Shown piece by piece: positions 20,138 to 30,492 of a stretch of DNA of 64,000 bases (within the stretch, counting starts at the first letter, position 1; every line of letters starts with the position of its first letter). The DNA is from an uncultured Acidobacteriota bacterium. Its GTDB lineage: Bacteria; Acidobacteriota; Thermoanaerobaculia; Multivoradales; UBA5704. The translations under genes and the position numbers were made by a program. Where the stretch lies: assembly GCA_963770895.1 (NCBI GenBank), contig CAVYRF010000002.1, positions 5,344,001-5,408,000 on the forward strand, read 5' to 3'. The notes under the pieces were generated by a model. That model ran no database searches, had not been told where the DNA came from, and saw nothing but the letters and a program-made list of their open reading frames with translations.

Positions 20138-20525
20138 GGTAACGACGGTACGCTGCGAGGGGGAGCCGCGCTAGGCGGCAGAGGGAGCGTGCTTCAAGAC
20201 TTGGAAGAGCGATAGGGTGGGAAGTCTTCAATCTCCCTCTTGGATGGTAGGCAAAAATGGCGCGGTCGTCAAAAAGACGCGTCGTCGCTTTTCCATAGTT
20301 CCTGGCACAGTACGCCTTAAATTGCCTTCACCGTGAAGACGGCGCGAACCGCCGCCTTTCTCTTCACCGTGCACACCGCTAATCTGAATCCCGCCATGAA
20401 CAACACCTCGCCACGATCGCGCATCGCAACACGTATCGCCGAAATCCGCGCCGGCCCGCGCGGGGATACTTAAGCATCCGCTCCACAAAATAAAACCTCT
20501 GTCGCCAAACAACATCCTCCAACAT

Positions 20526-21029
20526 ATGTCCCACGAGACTCCGACCCGCCCGACCCGCATCATCGCCCTCGACCCCACGACTAAGGGTTTCGGCTATGCC
20601 ATTCTCGATCTGCCGCTTCGCCTCATCGCCTGGGGCCTCGCCCACATCTCGGGCGAGAAGCGCTCCGGCGCCGTGGCCCGCTTCGAGGCGCTTCTCGACC
20701 AATTCCGGCCGGATGCCGTGGTACTCGAAGACACCACCGCTCCGGGCTCGCGGCGCTACCCGCGCATGCGAGACCTCCTCGAAACCCTCGCAAAGACGGC
20801 GCGCGAGCGCGGCGTCGCGGTATACACCGTCGCGCGGCTCGCGGTCATTGCCTGCTTCTCCTCAAAGGACGAACGCGCCACGAAGGCCAAGATCGCGAAG
20901 ACGCTTGCGGTCGCGTACCCGGAGCTTGCGGAGAAGGTACCGAAGCAGCGCAAGACCTACCAGAGCGAGGACGAACGCATCTCGATCTTTGATGCCGTCT
21001 CCTTAGCGGTGACATTCGCGAGTACATAG
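20526..21029 (+). CDS. RuvC/RNase H-fold Holliday-junction-resolvase-like nuclease
   Basis: IIALDPTTKGFGYAI, PDAVVLE, TK..IA, FDAVSLA. Confidence 0.7.
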   Translation: MSHETPTRPTRIIALDPTTKGFGYAILDLPLRLIAWGLAHISGEKRSGAVARFEALLDQFRPDAVVLEDTTAPGSRRYPRMRDLLETLAKTARERGVAVYTVARLAVIACFSSKDERATKAKIAKTLAVAYPELAEKVPKQRKTYQSEDERISIFDAVSLAVTFAST

Positions 21030-21057
21030 CGGTTCGGCTGCCAATTCCTTCTCACGC

Positions 21058-21090
21058 AAGACGGCTTCCGGGGCCGTCTTTTGCGTTTTG
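21058..21090 (+). terminator. intrinsic terminator
   Basis: AAGACGGC-loop-GCCGTCTT followed by TTGCGTTTTG. Confidence 0.65.
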
Positions 21091-21145
21091 CCTCCCGCCC
21101 GTACCCTTATCGCAGTTCCTTTATCTCCATGGAAAGGAGGATGCG

Positions 21146-22093
21146 ATGGGCCAGAGCTTCGTCCCGTTTGTAGAGGTGAAGCGCGCCGTGAGTATCGAGG
21201 CGCTTCTCGAACACTACGGCCTCTTTGCGGCCCTCACCGCCAAGGGTCAGAACCTCGTGGGCGCGTGTCCCTTCTGCAAGGGGCCATCCGCGCGCCAATT
21301 CCAGGTGAACCCGGACAAGAACGCCTGGTACTGCTTCGGCTGCAAGCAGGGCGGGAACGTCCTCGACTTCGTGGCCCGCAGGGAGCGGGTCGGCCTCCGC
21401 GGCGCAGCCATCAAGCTCGACGCCTGGTTCACTCTCGGGCTGGCGACCGCGGCGGCGGCGCCCACCCTGGCCGCCGCTTCGCCGCCACCGTCGCACGCAG
21501 CTCGCGATTCTGCGCCGCCGACCATCGCGGCATGCCCGCCGGCAGAGAACCCGCCCTTGACGTTCACGCTGAAGACCCTCGACCGCAATCATGCCAGCCT
21601 CGCGGTCCTCGGGCTCGCGCCCGAGACCATGCTGCACTTCGGGGCCGGGTACTGCACGAAGGGACTCCTGAAGGGCAGGCTCGCGATCCCGATCCACAAC
21701 GGCGGCGGCCAGCTCGTCGCCTACGCCGGCGTGGCCCTTGAGGCTGACACCATGCCGCGCCACCTCTTCCCGCCCAAGTTCAATTTCGGGCTTGAGGTCT
21801 TCAACCTTTACCGGCTCGCTGCGGTCGCGGAGCCCGTGGGCCGGCTCTATATCGCGCCGGACATTGAAGGCGCTCTGCGGCTCTTCGACGCCGGCACCCG
21901 GCCGGCGATCGGTCTCTTCGACGGGTCGCTCTCTTCGGCGCAGGAGGAGGCGATTGCCGGCGAACTCGGTCGCTTTGAAGGGCTCGTCCTCGTGGGCGAG
22001 GGTTTCGCAGACCGCACGGTCGCTCGTCTCGCACGGCATGCGTCCGTCTCCTGGGTCACGGACCCCTCCTCCGCGATCCACGGCGACGAGTAG
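21146..22093 (+). CDS. CHC2 zinc-finger DnaG-like primase with degenerate Toprim
   Basis: CPFC..WYCFGCKQGGNVLDFV; GRLAIPIHN..LVAYAG. Confidence 0.8.
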   Translation: MGQSFVPFVEVKRAVSIEALLEHYGLFAALTAKGQNLVGACPFCKGPSARQFQVNPDKNAWYCFGCKQGGNVLDFVARRERVGLRGAAIKLDAWFTLGLATAAAAPTLAAASPPPSHAARDSAPPTIAACPPAENPPLTFTLKTLDRNHASLAVLGLAPETMLHFGAGYCTKGLLKGRLAIPIHNGGGQLVAYAGVALEADTMPRHLFPPKFNFGLEVFNLYRLAAVAEPVGRLYIAPDIEGALRLFDAGTRPAIGLFDGSLSSAQEEAIAGELGRFEGLVLVGEGFADRTVARLARHASVSWVTDPSSAIHGDE

Positions 22094-22210
22094 CGGACAC
22101 CGGCGCCATGTTCCTTGGGGAAGTAGTCATTCCATTGCCCCACGGCACCACCGCTGGGGCTTTTCTCTTCCCGCCCGGTCTCCTGTCCTTGACATGCCGC
22201 CCTCCCGACC

Positions 22211-22343
22211 CGGCTATGGAAGCTGGCGGGGTATGGAAAGCTCCGGCCGCCGCCCGCACGCCCTGGACCTTCCCACACCCCTCGGAAATCCTGGGCGCCC
22301 GCCCCGACCTGCCACCCAGGATTACACGCAGCTCCCACAGCCG
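22211..22343. other. structured noncoding element (nested TGGAA/TTCCCAC inverted repeats), candidate origin or ncRNA
   Basis: CGGCTATGGAAGCTG pairs 13/15 with CAGCTCCCACAGCCG; inner GGGGTATGGAAAG / CTTCCCACACCCC; ATCCTGGG / CCCAGGAT. Confidence 0.5.
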
Positions 22344-22496
22344 CGGCGACGGCGAGGATGCATAACCCATGGGTGGAGAGAGAAGCGCGTCTTCGATCGC
22401 TGGTAGGTAGCCGCCGAGCGTGAACGACATAGTGGACGGAAAGGTGACCCGACCGCGCAACGGTGCGACGGTGAAGGTGTGGCCGCGGGCCTGCGG

Positions 22497-25142
22497 TTAT
22501 GTCTTCTTCGCCGAAGACCCTGCCGGCAAAAGCTTCCGGTACTCGGCCGCCTTCTCGCGATTGCCCGATGCATCGTAGAGCTGGACAACGCGCTCCACGG
22601 CCTTCGGCCTGTCGACCGGCACCGCCCGCCGGTAAAAGGCGAGAAGCAACGGCTCGGCTTCCTTGAAGCGTCCGAGCCCTACCAGCGCGCTGCCCAAGTC
22701 AGCCCCGGTTGAGACCGTGAGGTAGGCGGACGCTCCCGCCCGCATCTGCAAGATCCCGACCGCCTGCCGGAGGTGAGTCTCCGCCGCTTGGTAATTCTTC
22801 TGCTCGTAGAGGCTCTGTCCCTGCGCGCGCAGCACCGCGGCCATGAGGCGGTCAGTCGGTTCGACCTTTTCGAGCGCAAAGGCATAGGCTTCGCCGATCA
22901 ACCGGTCCGCCTCGGAAAATTCGTGGTCGGCCAGGAGCGCGAGCGCGAGCTGCACTTTGATCTTCTCCGTCGAGCGATGCTCTTTGCCAAGACCCGCCTC
23001 CGCAATCGCCAACGCCTCCCTGGAGGTACGCACCGCCGCTTTCACGTCTCCCTTTAGCAGATACAGGAGGCCAAGATTGTGCGTTGAAATAGCGACGCGC
23101 GGATGCAGCGGCCCGAGCGCGGCGCGGAACATAGCCGTAGCCTTCACCTGAAGACGCTCCGACTCATCAAACAATCCTTTCTGCTGAAGAGCCGCCGCCA
23201 CATTCGAATAGTCGTCAGCCACAATGGGATTGCGCTCGCCGTATATTTTCCTCCGCATGGCGAGGCATTCCCGAAGGAGCGGCTCGGCCTCGTCCGGCCG
23301 GTACATCGCCGTCAGAAGGCTTCCAAGGCCGCCGAGAGACTCGGCGATCGCCTCCGGGTTGGGGCTTGGCGCACTGCGGCGCAGGTCCAAGACGCGCCGC
23401 ATGATCGCAAGCGCTTCGTCGTAGCGCGCCTGCTCGTCCGCCATGATCCCAAGCTGCTGGAGGGTGTCGCCAATCCTCGGATCGCTCTGCGGGAGCCCCT
23501 TTTCGAACACCGCGAGCGCGCGGCGGTAGGTCGCCTCCGCCGGGGCAAACTGCCCAAGGCCGCGCTCCAAGGTCGCCATTTGGTCGAGCGTTTCGCCGAG
23601 AAGCGGATCATCGCTCGCCAGGTGCTGCGTTGCGAGGGCGAGCGCACGCTCCTGGGTTCCCGCTGCCTCCTTGAACAGGCCCATGTTCTGGTACATCTCG
23701 CCGATGCTGTTTAGAAGCCGCACCTCCGTCTCGGGCTCGTTCTTCAGGCGGCGCGGCAGCTCTTCGACCGCCTGGTCGAGGAGCTCCTTCGCGGTAGTCG
23801 CGCCGCGGAGGTTCTCGTGCGGGTTGGTGAGCTGGAACATTTCGATGAGAAGAGACGTGGTGGCCGCGGCGCGGGTAGCCTCGCGGGTGGCCTGGTCGCG
23901 TTGCCGTACGGTTTCCCGGTACTGCCGGAACCAGAGGCCGAGGGACGCGAGCACAAGAAGAGCGACAAGCGCCCCCACTGAGGCTGCGCCGCGATGACGG
24001 CTAAGAAACCGCGATGCGCGGTAGAGCCGGGAACCCCCTCGGGCCGAGACCGGCAAAAGAGCGAGGTGGCGCGCAACATCGTTCCCGAGGTCGGCCGCCG
24101 ACTGGTAGCGGCCGACCGGCTGCTTGCAGAGCGCCTTTGCAGCGACGGCATCAAGGTCGCCCTGGAGGCGCTTCGCGAGCGTTGTCGCGTTCTTCGTTGG
24201 AGGAGGCGGCGAGTACGGAGCCGGAGCGTCGCTGTCGCCGGCGAGCAGGGCGAGGTCGCTTAACCTGCCGGGCTCTTCGTGCAAGATGGCATCGCGGAGT
24301 TCCGAGACCGTGCGCGCATGCCGGTATGGCAGGCGGCTGGTCAGAAGCACCGAGAGGAGCACGCCCAAGGAGTACACGTCGCTCAAGGTCGTCGTCTCTT
24401 CCTGGCCGACCTGCTCCGGGCTCGCGAAGGGCAAGGTAAGGGGCGACGGCTCGCCCGCGCCGTTCCCCGCGGCGCCCACTTCTCTCGCGATGCCGAAGTC
24501 GAGGAGCTTCAGCTCGCCGGTAGCGGTCACGAGGATGTTCTCGGGTTTCAGGTCGCAGTGGATCACGAGCCGCTGGTGGGCGTAAGCCACCGCCTCGCAG
24601 ACCTTCAGGAAGAGCCGCAGCCGCCCCGGCACACCGAGCTGGCGGCGCTCGCAGTAGGCGGTGATGGGCTCACCCTCGATGAACTCGAAGACGAAGTACG
24701 GCAGGCCCTCCGGCGTCTCGCCGCTGTCATGGAAGGTCACGATTGCCGGGTGGGTGAGGCCCGCGAGCCGCTTGTCCTGCGAGAGCCTCACCGCGCGGGA
24801 GAAGAGCACCTTGACCGCCACCCGCCGGTCGTTGTTCTTCGTGTCCCGCGCCTCGTAGACCGCGCCCATGCCGCCGGCACCGACCCTGCCCACCACGACG
24901 AAGTGGTCGATTCGGTCGCCCTCGGCATAGTCCGGCTCCTCCGGCTCGTCGGGCAGGCCCAGGAGCCCCTTGAGGGCGGAGGTCGCGACGGGCGGGGCGT
25001 CGAGCAGGGCCTCGACCTCGCTGCGGAGTTCGGCATCGCCGCCGCAGGCCCGGTCGAGAAACGCCAGCCGCTCTTCGGCCGGAACCTGAAGCGCCTCCTC
25101 GAATATCCGTTTCACTTCGAGCCACCGTTTAAAGGGCGCCAT
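22497..25142 (-). CDS. Ser/Thr protein kinase with TM and TPR repeats
   Basis: GAGGMGAVY, VAVK, HCDLKPENIL, DFG; TM helix; C-terminal TPRs. Confidence 0.93.
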   Translation of the reverse strand: MAPFKRWLEVKRIFEEALQVPAEERLAFLDRACGGDAELRSEVEALLDAPPVATSALKGLLGLPDEPEEPDYAEGDRIDHFVVVGRVGAGGMGAVYEARDTKNNDRRVAVKVLFSRAVRLSQDKRLAGLTHPAIVTFHDSGETPEGLPYFVFEFIEGEPITAYCERRQLGVPGRLRLFLKVCEAVAYAHQRLVIHCDLKPENILVTATGELKLLDFGIAREVGAAGNGAGEPSPLTLPFASPEQVGQEETTTLSDVYSLGVLLSVLLTSRLPYRHARTVSELRDAILHEEPGRLSDLALLAGDSDAPAPYSPPPPTKNATTLAKRLQGDLDAVAAKALCKQPVGRYQSAADLGNDVARHLALLPVSARGGSRLYRASRFLSRHRGAASVGALVALLVLASLGLWFRQYRETVRQRDQATREATRAAATTSLLIEMFQLTNPHENLRGATTAKELLDQAVEELPRRLKNEPETEVRLLNSIGEMYQNMGLFKEAAGTQERALALATQHLASDDPLLGETLDQMATLERGLGQFAPAEATYRRALAVFEKGLPQSDPRIGDTLQQLGIMADEQARYDEALAIMRRVLDLRRSAPSPNPEAIAESLGGLGSLLTAMYRPDEAEPLLRECLAMRRKIYGERNPIVADDYSNVAAALQQKGLFDESERLQVKATAMFRAALGPLHPRVAISTHNLGLLYLLKGDVKAAVRTSREALAIAEAGLGKEHRSTEKIKVQLALALLADHEFSEADRLIGEAYAFALEKVEPTDRLMAAVLRAQGQSLYEQKNYQAAETHLRQAVGILQMRAGASAYLTVSTGADLGSALVGLGRFKEAEPLLLAFYRRAVPVDRPKAVERVVQLYDASGNREKAAEYRKLLPAGSSAKKT

Positions 25143-25143
25143 C

Positions 25144-25725
25144 CTATTTCCTCCTGTCCGCACCGACGAGGTGCACGAGGAGCCTTCGCGCGGTGTCCCA
25201 CTGCTCCCGGACTCTTCTGCGGGACAATCCAAGCTCTTCCCCGATCGCCCGCTCGCTCAGCCCATCGAAGACCTTGAGTTTCACGATCTCGGCAAGCTCC
25301 GGGTCTTGCTCCTCGACACCCGCCATGACTTCAAAGACAAATAGGGTGGCCTCCGCGTCTTCTGGGTCGGCGGGATGCGCCACCTGCTCCAGGGACAGCT
25401 CTTGTTGATCGCCGCCGCGCTTGATGGCATCGGCCCGGCGGAGCGTGCTGATTGCGAGGTGTCTTATGGCTGCATGCGCATAGGCGAAGAACTTCTTCCG
25501 ATTCGCGAGGTCCGGGAAGCGGTCGGCCAGATCAATGTAGAGCTCGTTCAGGAGAGCGGTCGGGGTGAGTGAACCGGCGGGGAGCCTCCCGAGGTGGTAC
25601 TGGCACATGCGTTTCAGGGTCGAATAGAGGAGACCAATCAGCTCATCAAGACCCCCTCGGTCACCCTCTCCGATCCGCCGGAGAAGGTCGGTGATGGTCC
25701 GCGCATCCTCGGGCATAAGCTGCAC
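25144..25725 (-). CDS. ECF-type sigma factor (TIGR02999-like, kinase-associated)
   Basis: ITDLL..GD, LTPTALLNELY, KRGG, C-terminal HTH; 1 bp from the kinase. Confidence 0.88.
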   Translation of the reverse strand: MQLMPEDARTITDLLRRIGEGDRGGLDELIGLLYSTLKRMCQYHLGRLPAGSLTPTALLNELYIDLADRFPDLANRKKFFAYAHAAIRHLAISTLRRADAIKRGGDQQELSLEQVAHPADPEDAEATLFVFEVMAGVEEQDPELAEIVKLKVFDGLSERAIGEELGLSRRRVREQWDTARRLLVHLVGADRRK

Positions 25726-26035
25726 TCCCTCAGAGATTTGGCGCTTTCGCGTTCGGGCATCTTACGCTGGCACCTTCATGTCTTCAAGCGCATTTCCGCC
25801 CTCCGATGGTCCAGCGACCCGGCTATCCCACCTGAACGGTGTGGACCAAAAGAACCCTGTTCCGCGCCTTCTATAGAGGAGGGGAACACGCAGCGACTCG
25901 GATTGGTCAGCACAGGCGCGATCGGCATTGCGCCATTTCGGAAGAGGAAGCATACTTTATACATTCCTGCCACAGGATCTGGTTCTGTCTGTCGCCGGCA
26001 GTCGCCGGCCGGACCATCAGAAGAGGACTAATCAC

Positions 26036-27043
26036 ATGAACGAGCCTGTAAGTGTTCCCAAGCCAGCCATTCCCCGATCGTCTCGACAGCGTGCCGCCTT
26101 GGTCGGGCTGATTCTTGGCGCTCTTCTGGCGGCGGGGGCTATCGGCCTTGACGCGCAGCAGAAGGGGTCCACTGCCTCTTCGCTTCAGCCTTCGTGCCTC
26201 ACACCGCTCGTGGCATCGGAGTCCTCGACTTCTGCAGCGGAGGCACAAGCTCTGCTTCCAACAATTCCTGCTGTTCCTCCGTCTCCCTTGCCGGCGGCGA
26301 TGCTCGCACCGGGGGTGCTTTCTGGCTCCCAAACTCCCCTGACAGCCACCCAAAACACCCCTACCGTGGGTGCAGACGATCTCAAGAATCTTTATGGTTA
26401 TTCCGGTCCTTACTACAACACCACCGATCTTGACGGTCGAGTAGTTGTATTGAATCAGTCCGTCTACACTTGGCCTACCGCCACTTGGAAGACTACCGGA
26501 TTGGTTCGCAATCAGACGCGTTGCCCACTGCACATTACAAGCGTAACTGCATTGCTCAAGGGCGCTGACGGTAGGACCCTCGCGACTGCCACCGCCAGCT
26601 TGCCCATCTCAGATCTTCGGCCAGGAGAACCAGGACCGTTTATTGTGGTGGCGCCTGTATCTCCGAGCGACGTGAGCTCCATTTCGTGGCAGGTCAGCTA
26701 TGCCCCTGCCATTGGCGTAACGAGGCTCTTTCGCACCGCTGTGTATTCCGAGTACGCAGACGAAACGGGATATCACATCACTGGGGCTCTTTTCAACGAC
26801 GCCACCACATCAGCTCAGGTTGAACTGGTGGGCGCTTGGCTCAATTCTCAAGGTCAGGTCTTTTATGTGGCAAACCTGCCCTTCATCACAGGCGACCCCA
26901 ATGCAGAGACGGAGCAGCTTGAATACACTACCTCTTTGCAGCCAAACCAGTTGGCAGCCTTCGCCTATACGAATCCTCAAGGCACGCTCGCGCAGGGTCT
27001 CTTGAAGGCACCGCAAGGTGCGCTCTGGGAGGTGTCGAAGTGA
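26036..27043 (+). CDS. secreted FxLYD-domain protein
   Basis: N-terminal hydrophobic segment; GLVRNQT..VTALLKGADGRTL..LRPGEPGPF, with a second similar domain. Confidence 0.7.
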   Translation: MNEPVSVPKPAIPRSSRQRAALVGLILGALLAAGAIGLDAQQKGSTASSLQPSCLTPLVASESSTSAAEAQALLPTIPAVPPSPLPAAMLAPGVLSGSQTPLTATQNTPTVGADDLKNLYGYSGPYYNTTDLDGRVVVLNQSVYTWPTATWKTTGLVRNQTRCPLHITSVTALLKGADGRTLATATASLPISDLRPGEPGPFIVVAPVSPSDVSSISWQVSYAPAIGVTRLFRTAVYSEYADETGYHITGALFNDATTSAQVELVGAWLNSQGQVFYVANLPFITGDPNAETEQLEYTTSLQPNQLAAFAYTNPQGTLAQGLLKAPQGALWEVSK

Positions 27044-30000
27044 GAATCTACCGCGCTGTCTTATTACTCGGTGCCCTTACTGGATTGTGCGCGACAAATG
27101 CGGATGCCTATGAATTTGGCTCCATACCGCTAGTCGACGTGGAAAATGCGGCGAATGCGATTAGCACAATGCCAAAGTATTCGTGCCCAGGCTTAAGCAG
27201 CGCCCATAACGGAAAACTCATTGCGCTTATGCTTACGCCAACCTGGGGAGAGACTACGCTAGGAGGCGTCAATTCACCTTCACCAATGACGCTAAGCCGC
27301 GCCGACAACGGCCCAGCCCTGTATCCGCCGGGAGACGAGAACGTGGAGCCGTACCGCCGAGCGTTTTGGCATACGGGTATCGGAGCATGGCAACTGGATG
27401 ACATCAATCTAGGCTCAGATCTGGGGTTTGAGAGGTTTGCAAGTGCAGCAGCGGCTATGGAGGTTGCTACAACTATGGCTGCGGCGTACTGCGGAACAAA
27501 AGGCAATGACAACCCGTACTACAACGCATTTCTAAATTGGATAGACTCATGTGAAGACAAGACGGCGAAAACCCCCAACACGCTGATTTGCCAGCGACTC
27601 TTCAATGCAATCTACAATTCCAATGGCCTGCCTTTTGTCACTCCCGATCCATCCGTAGATGAATACGGCGGCAGCGATATGCGTAGCTGTAGTCTTTCGG
27701 GAGGCGGCGGCACCTTCGCGTGTCTATACGTGAACCCCGCGACGGCTCAAGGCGCCACTTGGTGGGTACGGGAGAGCCCCGATGGCACCCCACCACTGGC
27801 AAAACCCTTTTACGTCTACAGGCAAAGCCACGGACCTTACGAGTGGCGATACTGGATGGCTGGAACCGACACCGGTTTCACGAGCGACATAGCCGTTGCA
27901 CGCCCATATGGTACTTGGTCAAAATGTGGACTGTGTTGGATGACGAACGGACAGCTTACTCCGGTGGTCGGTCCACCCTCCAAGTATTGTCCAATAAACT
28001 TCTCCCCGTGTGCTGGACTAAGCCCGCAGGCACTCTGTGACTTGAAGGCAGGCGCCGGTGCTTGCACCACGCCTCCTCCTCCTTCAACCCTTTCCGTCGC
28101 CCTCACGGCGGCTCCAAATAGCGGGCCTGCGCCCCTGAACGGCGTTATCTTGCAAGCTAACGTGACGGGGACCCCGAACGAGACCATCAACTACACCTTT
28201 TATTGCAACCGACCGGACCAAGGCACGAACATTACTCAGCCCTGGGACTATAAGCAGGACGCGATATCGCGGACTCAAATGAGGGCCCCCGGCGGAACCT
28301 GCGACTACCTGTATAAAACTCCCGGCACCTATACCGCGAAGGTCATCGCCGAGCAGGGAAACGGCGCGGCGCAGAGCCAGGTGACGATCACGGTGAGCGG
28401 CGGCACCACGTCCGGGTGCTTCCCTCTAGTGCTTGCCGCGAACAACCCGGCCGGTGGCGCGCCGCCCGTGGCCTCGCCGCCGGGAAGCGACCCCTGCGCG
28501 GTGGGCGAGTACCAGCCCGGGACACAAATTCAGCTCACCGCGACACCGGCAAGCAGCTGGACGGTAGGCAGCTGGGTCGGAACCGCAAACGACCCGAGCA
28601 CGGCGGACACGAACAGCCTCGTCATGCCTGCGTCGGCCCACTCGGTCAGCGTGAACTATGTCGAATCGGCACCGAGCCCCCTTACGATCACCACGACCTC
28701 CTTGCCGGATGGTTTCGTCGGCCAGCTGTACATGACCACGCTCGCGGCCTCGGGCGGCACCGGCACCGGCTACCACTGGAGCATACAGAGCGGCAGCCTT
28801 CCCGCCGGACTCGGCGGTAACGGCCAGACCGGCGTCATAAGCGGCACGCCGACACAGGGCGGCATCGGAAGCAATTTCACGGTGGGCGTAACGGATTCCG
28901 GCGGCGACTCGGCGAGCCGGCGGTTCTCGCTCTACGTGGAGGCCGCGCCGGGCCTCGCGATCTATTCGAGCGCTGCGGGTAGCTTCGCCTTCTTCGTGGG
29001 CAACCCATACACGCGAGCGAACTCGATCACCTATACCGCCGAGGGCGGCCAGGCGCCGTACACCTGGAGCGCGACCGGCTTGCCGCCGGGCCTCCAGATC
29101 GATTCCGCGGGCGGCTTCCTCTATGGGACGCCCACGGCAGCAGGGAGCTACGCGGTGACCATCAAGGCTGAGGACTCGACGGGCAAGTCGGGCTCGCTGC
29201 CGGTCGTGCTCTCGGTCACGAAAACCGCCATCACCATCTCCGGCTCTGGGGGCCAGACACCGGCGAGCCCGCCGGCGGGGCAGGTGGGGAAGAGCTACCT
29301 GACCTTCTTCCAGGCGGGCGGCGGGAGCAACACAGGGTTCCAGTGGTCCGTACAAGGGAGCCTGCCGCCCGGCCTCGTGTCAGAAAACGGCCCAGGCTGC
29401 CCGGCGAATTGCGCCCTGGAGGTTACCGGCACCCCGACCATGGCAGGCACTTACACCTTCACGGTCGCGGTGGCCGATTCGCTCGGCGACCGCGCGAGCC
29501 AGCCCGCGACCATCGTCGTGAACTCCGGCACGCCGCCCTCGATCACCACGACCACGTTCCCGCGGTCGACGATTGGATCGCCCTATACTGCCTCGCTCAC
29601 GGCAACCGGCGGCACCCCCGGATATCAGTGGGCCTTCGTGGGCCAGTCTCCCGATCCGGGCATCGTTCTCTCTCCGTCCGGCGTCCTGTCCGGCACTCCC
29701 ACCCTCACGAACGATTGCCCGACCGGAGCGACCGACGGCCCCGGCATCTGGGTCGGCTCCGGTTATCCGACGAGGTATTTCTCCGTCCAGGTCACGGACG
29801 CGGCGGGCCAGTCCTCGACGACGACGCTCTGCCTCGTCTCCTACTACCCCCTGCCGCACCTCACCGGTGCCAATCCTCCCTTCGTAATCGTGGACGGCCA
29901 GGATCACACGATCACCGTTGACGGTACGAACCTCCGCAACACCTCGATGCTGGAGCTTGGCACGGGCCTCGCGCCGACCACCTACGTGAGCCCCTCAGCG

Positions 30001-30456
30001 GTCACCTTCAGCCTCTTCCCGGCGCCCGGAGGAATATTCACGACCGGCCCCGGAGGCGGTGGCATCGGCGACACGACTTATGCCGTGCAGGTGGTCCAGC
30101 CCTATGCCGGGTTCAGCACCTCAAGCATTAACTTCGCGGTGTACGATCCGCCGCCAAGCTTGAGCGGCGTGAATGCCGTCCTAAACAACACCAGCCAGCC
30201 GTGCCGAGCCAACATGACCTGCGAGCTCGCGGTCTCCGGGACGGGCTTCGTCTTCACCACGAACTACCTTGTGGTCGAGTTGAGTCAGTCGCTCACGAGA
30301 GACTCCAACCCCTCGACGGCCCTTCCCTGGTCGAATCTCACAGTGGGTACGTTCTCCGCTCCCTCCGCCGGCACGTACACCCTGCGGGTGACGAACACGA
30401 ATCAGCAGAACGGCCAGCCTGCGAGCGCCACCTCCACGTTTACGGTGCAGCCTTAA
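27040..30456 (+). CDS. large secreted protein: putative lysozyme-like N-domain + PKD + Ig (He_PIG) repeats + IPT/TIG
   Basis: Signal peptide; repeated GSLPxGL..G.ISGTPT Ig units; WGET...GIGAWQLD motif. Confidence 0.8.
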   Translation: MRIYRAVLLLGALTGLCATNADAYEFGSIPLVDVENAANAISTMPKYSCPGLSSAHNGKLIALMLTPTWGETTLGGVNSPSPMTLSRADNGPALYPPGDENVEPYRRAFWHTGIGAWQLDDINLGSDLGFERFASAAAAMEVATTMAAAYCGTKGNDNPYYNAFLNWIDSCEDKTAKTPNTLICQRLFNAIYNSNGLPFVTPDPSVDEYGGSDMRSCSLSGGGGTFACLYVNPATAQGATWWVRESPDGTPPLAKPFYVYRQSHGPYEWRYWMAGTDTGFTSDIAVARPYGTWSKCGLCWMTNGQLTPVVGPPSKYCPINFSPCAGLSPQALCDLKAGAGACTTPPPPSTLSVALTAAPNSGPAPLNGVILQANVTGTPNETINYTFYCNRPDQGTNITQPWDYKQDAISRTQMRAPGGTCDYLYKTPGTYTAKVIAEQGNGAAQSQVTITVSGGTTSGCFPLVLAANNPAGGAPPVASPPGSDPCAVGEYQPGTQIQLTATPASSWTVGSWVGTANDPSTADTNSLVMPASAHSVSVNYVESAPSPLTITTTSLPDGFVGQLYMTTLAASGGTGTGYHWSIQSGSLPAGLGGNGQTGVISGTPTQGGIGSNFTVGVTDSGGDSASRRFSLYVEAAPGLAIYSSAAGSFAFFVGNPYTRANSITYTAEGGQAPYTWSATGLPPGLQIDSAGGFLYGTPTAAGSYAVTIKAEDSTGKSGSLPVVLSVTKTAITISGSGGQTPASPPAGQVGKSYLTFFQAGGGSNTGFQWSVQGSLPPGLVSENGPGCPANCALEVTGTPTMAGTYTFTVAVADSLGDRASQPATIVVNSGTPPSITTTTFPRSTIGSPYTASLTATGGTPGYQWAFVGQSPDPGIVLSPSGVLSGTPTLTNDCPTGATDGPGIWVGSGYPTRYFSVQVTDAAGQSSTTTLCLVSYYPLPHLTGANPPFVIVDGQDHTITVDGTNLRNTSMLELGTGLAPTTYVSPSAVTFSLFPAPGGIFTTGPGGGGIGDTTYAVQVVQPYAGFSTSSINFAVYDPPPSLSGVNAVLNNTSQPCRANMTCELAVSGTGFVFTTNYLVVELSQSLTRDSNPSTALPWSNLTVGTFSAPSAGTYTLRVTNTNQQNGQPASATSTFTVQP

Positions 30457-30492
30457 AGGAGAGGTAGGAAATGATTGCCAGGGAGAGCTGCC

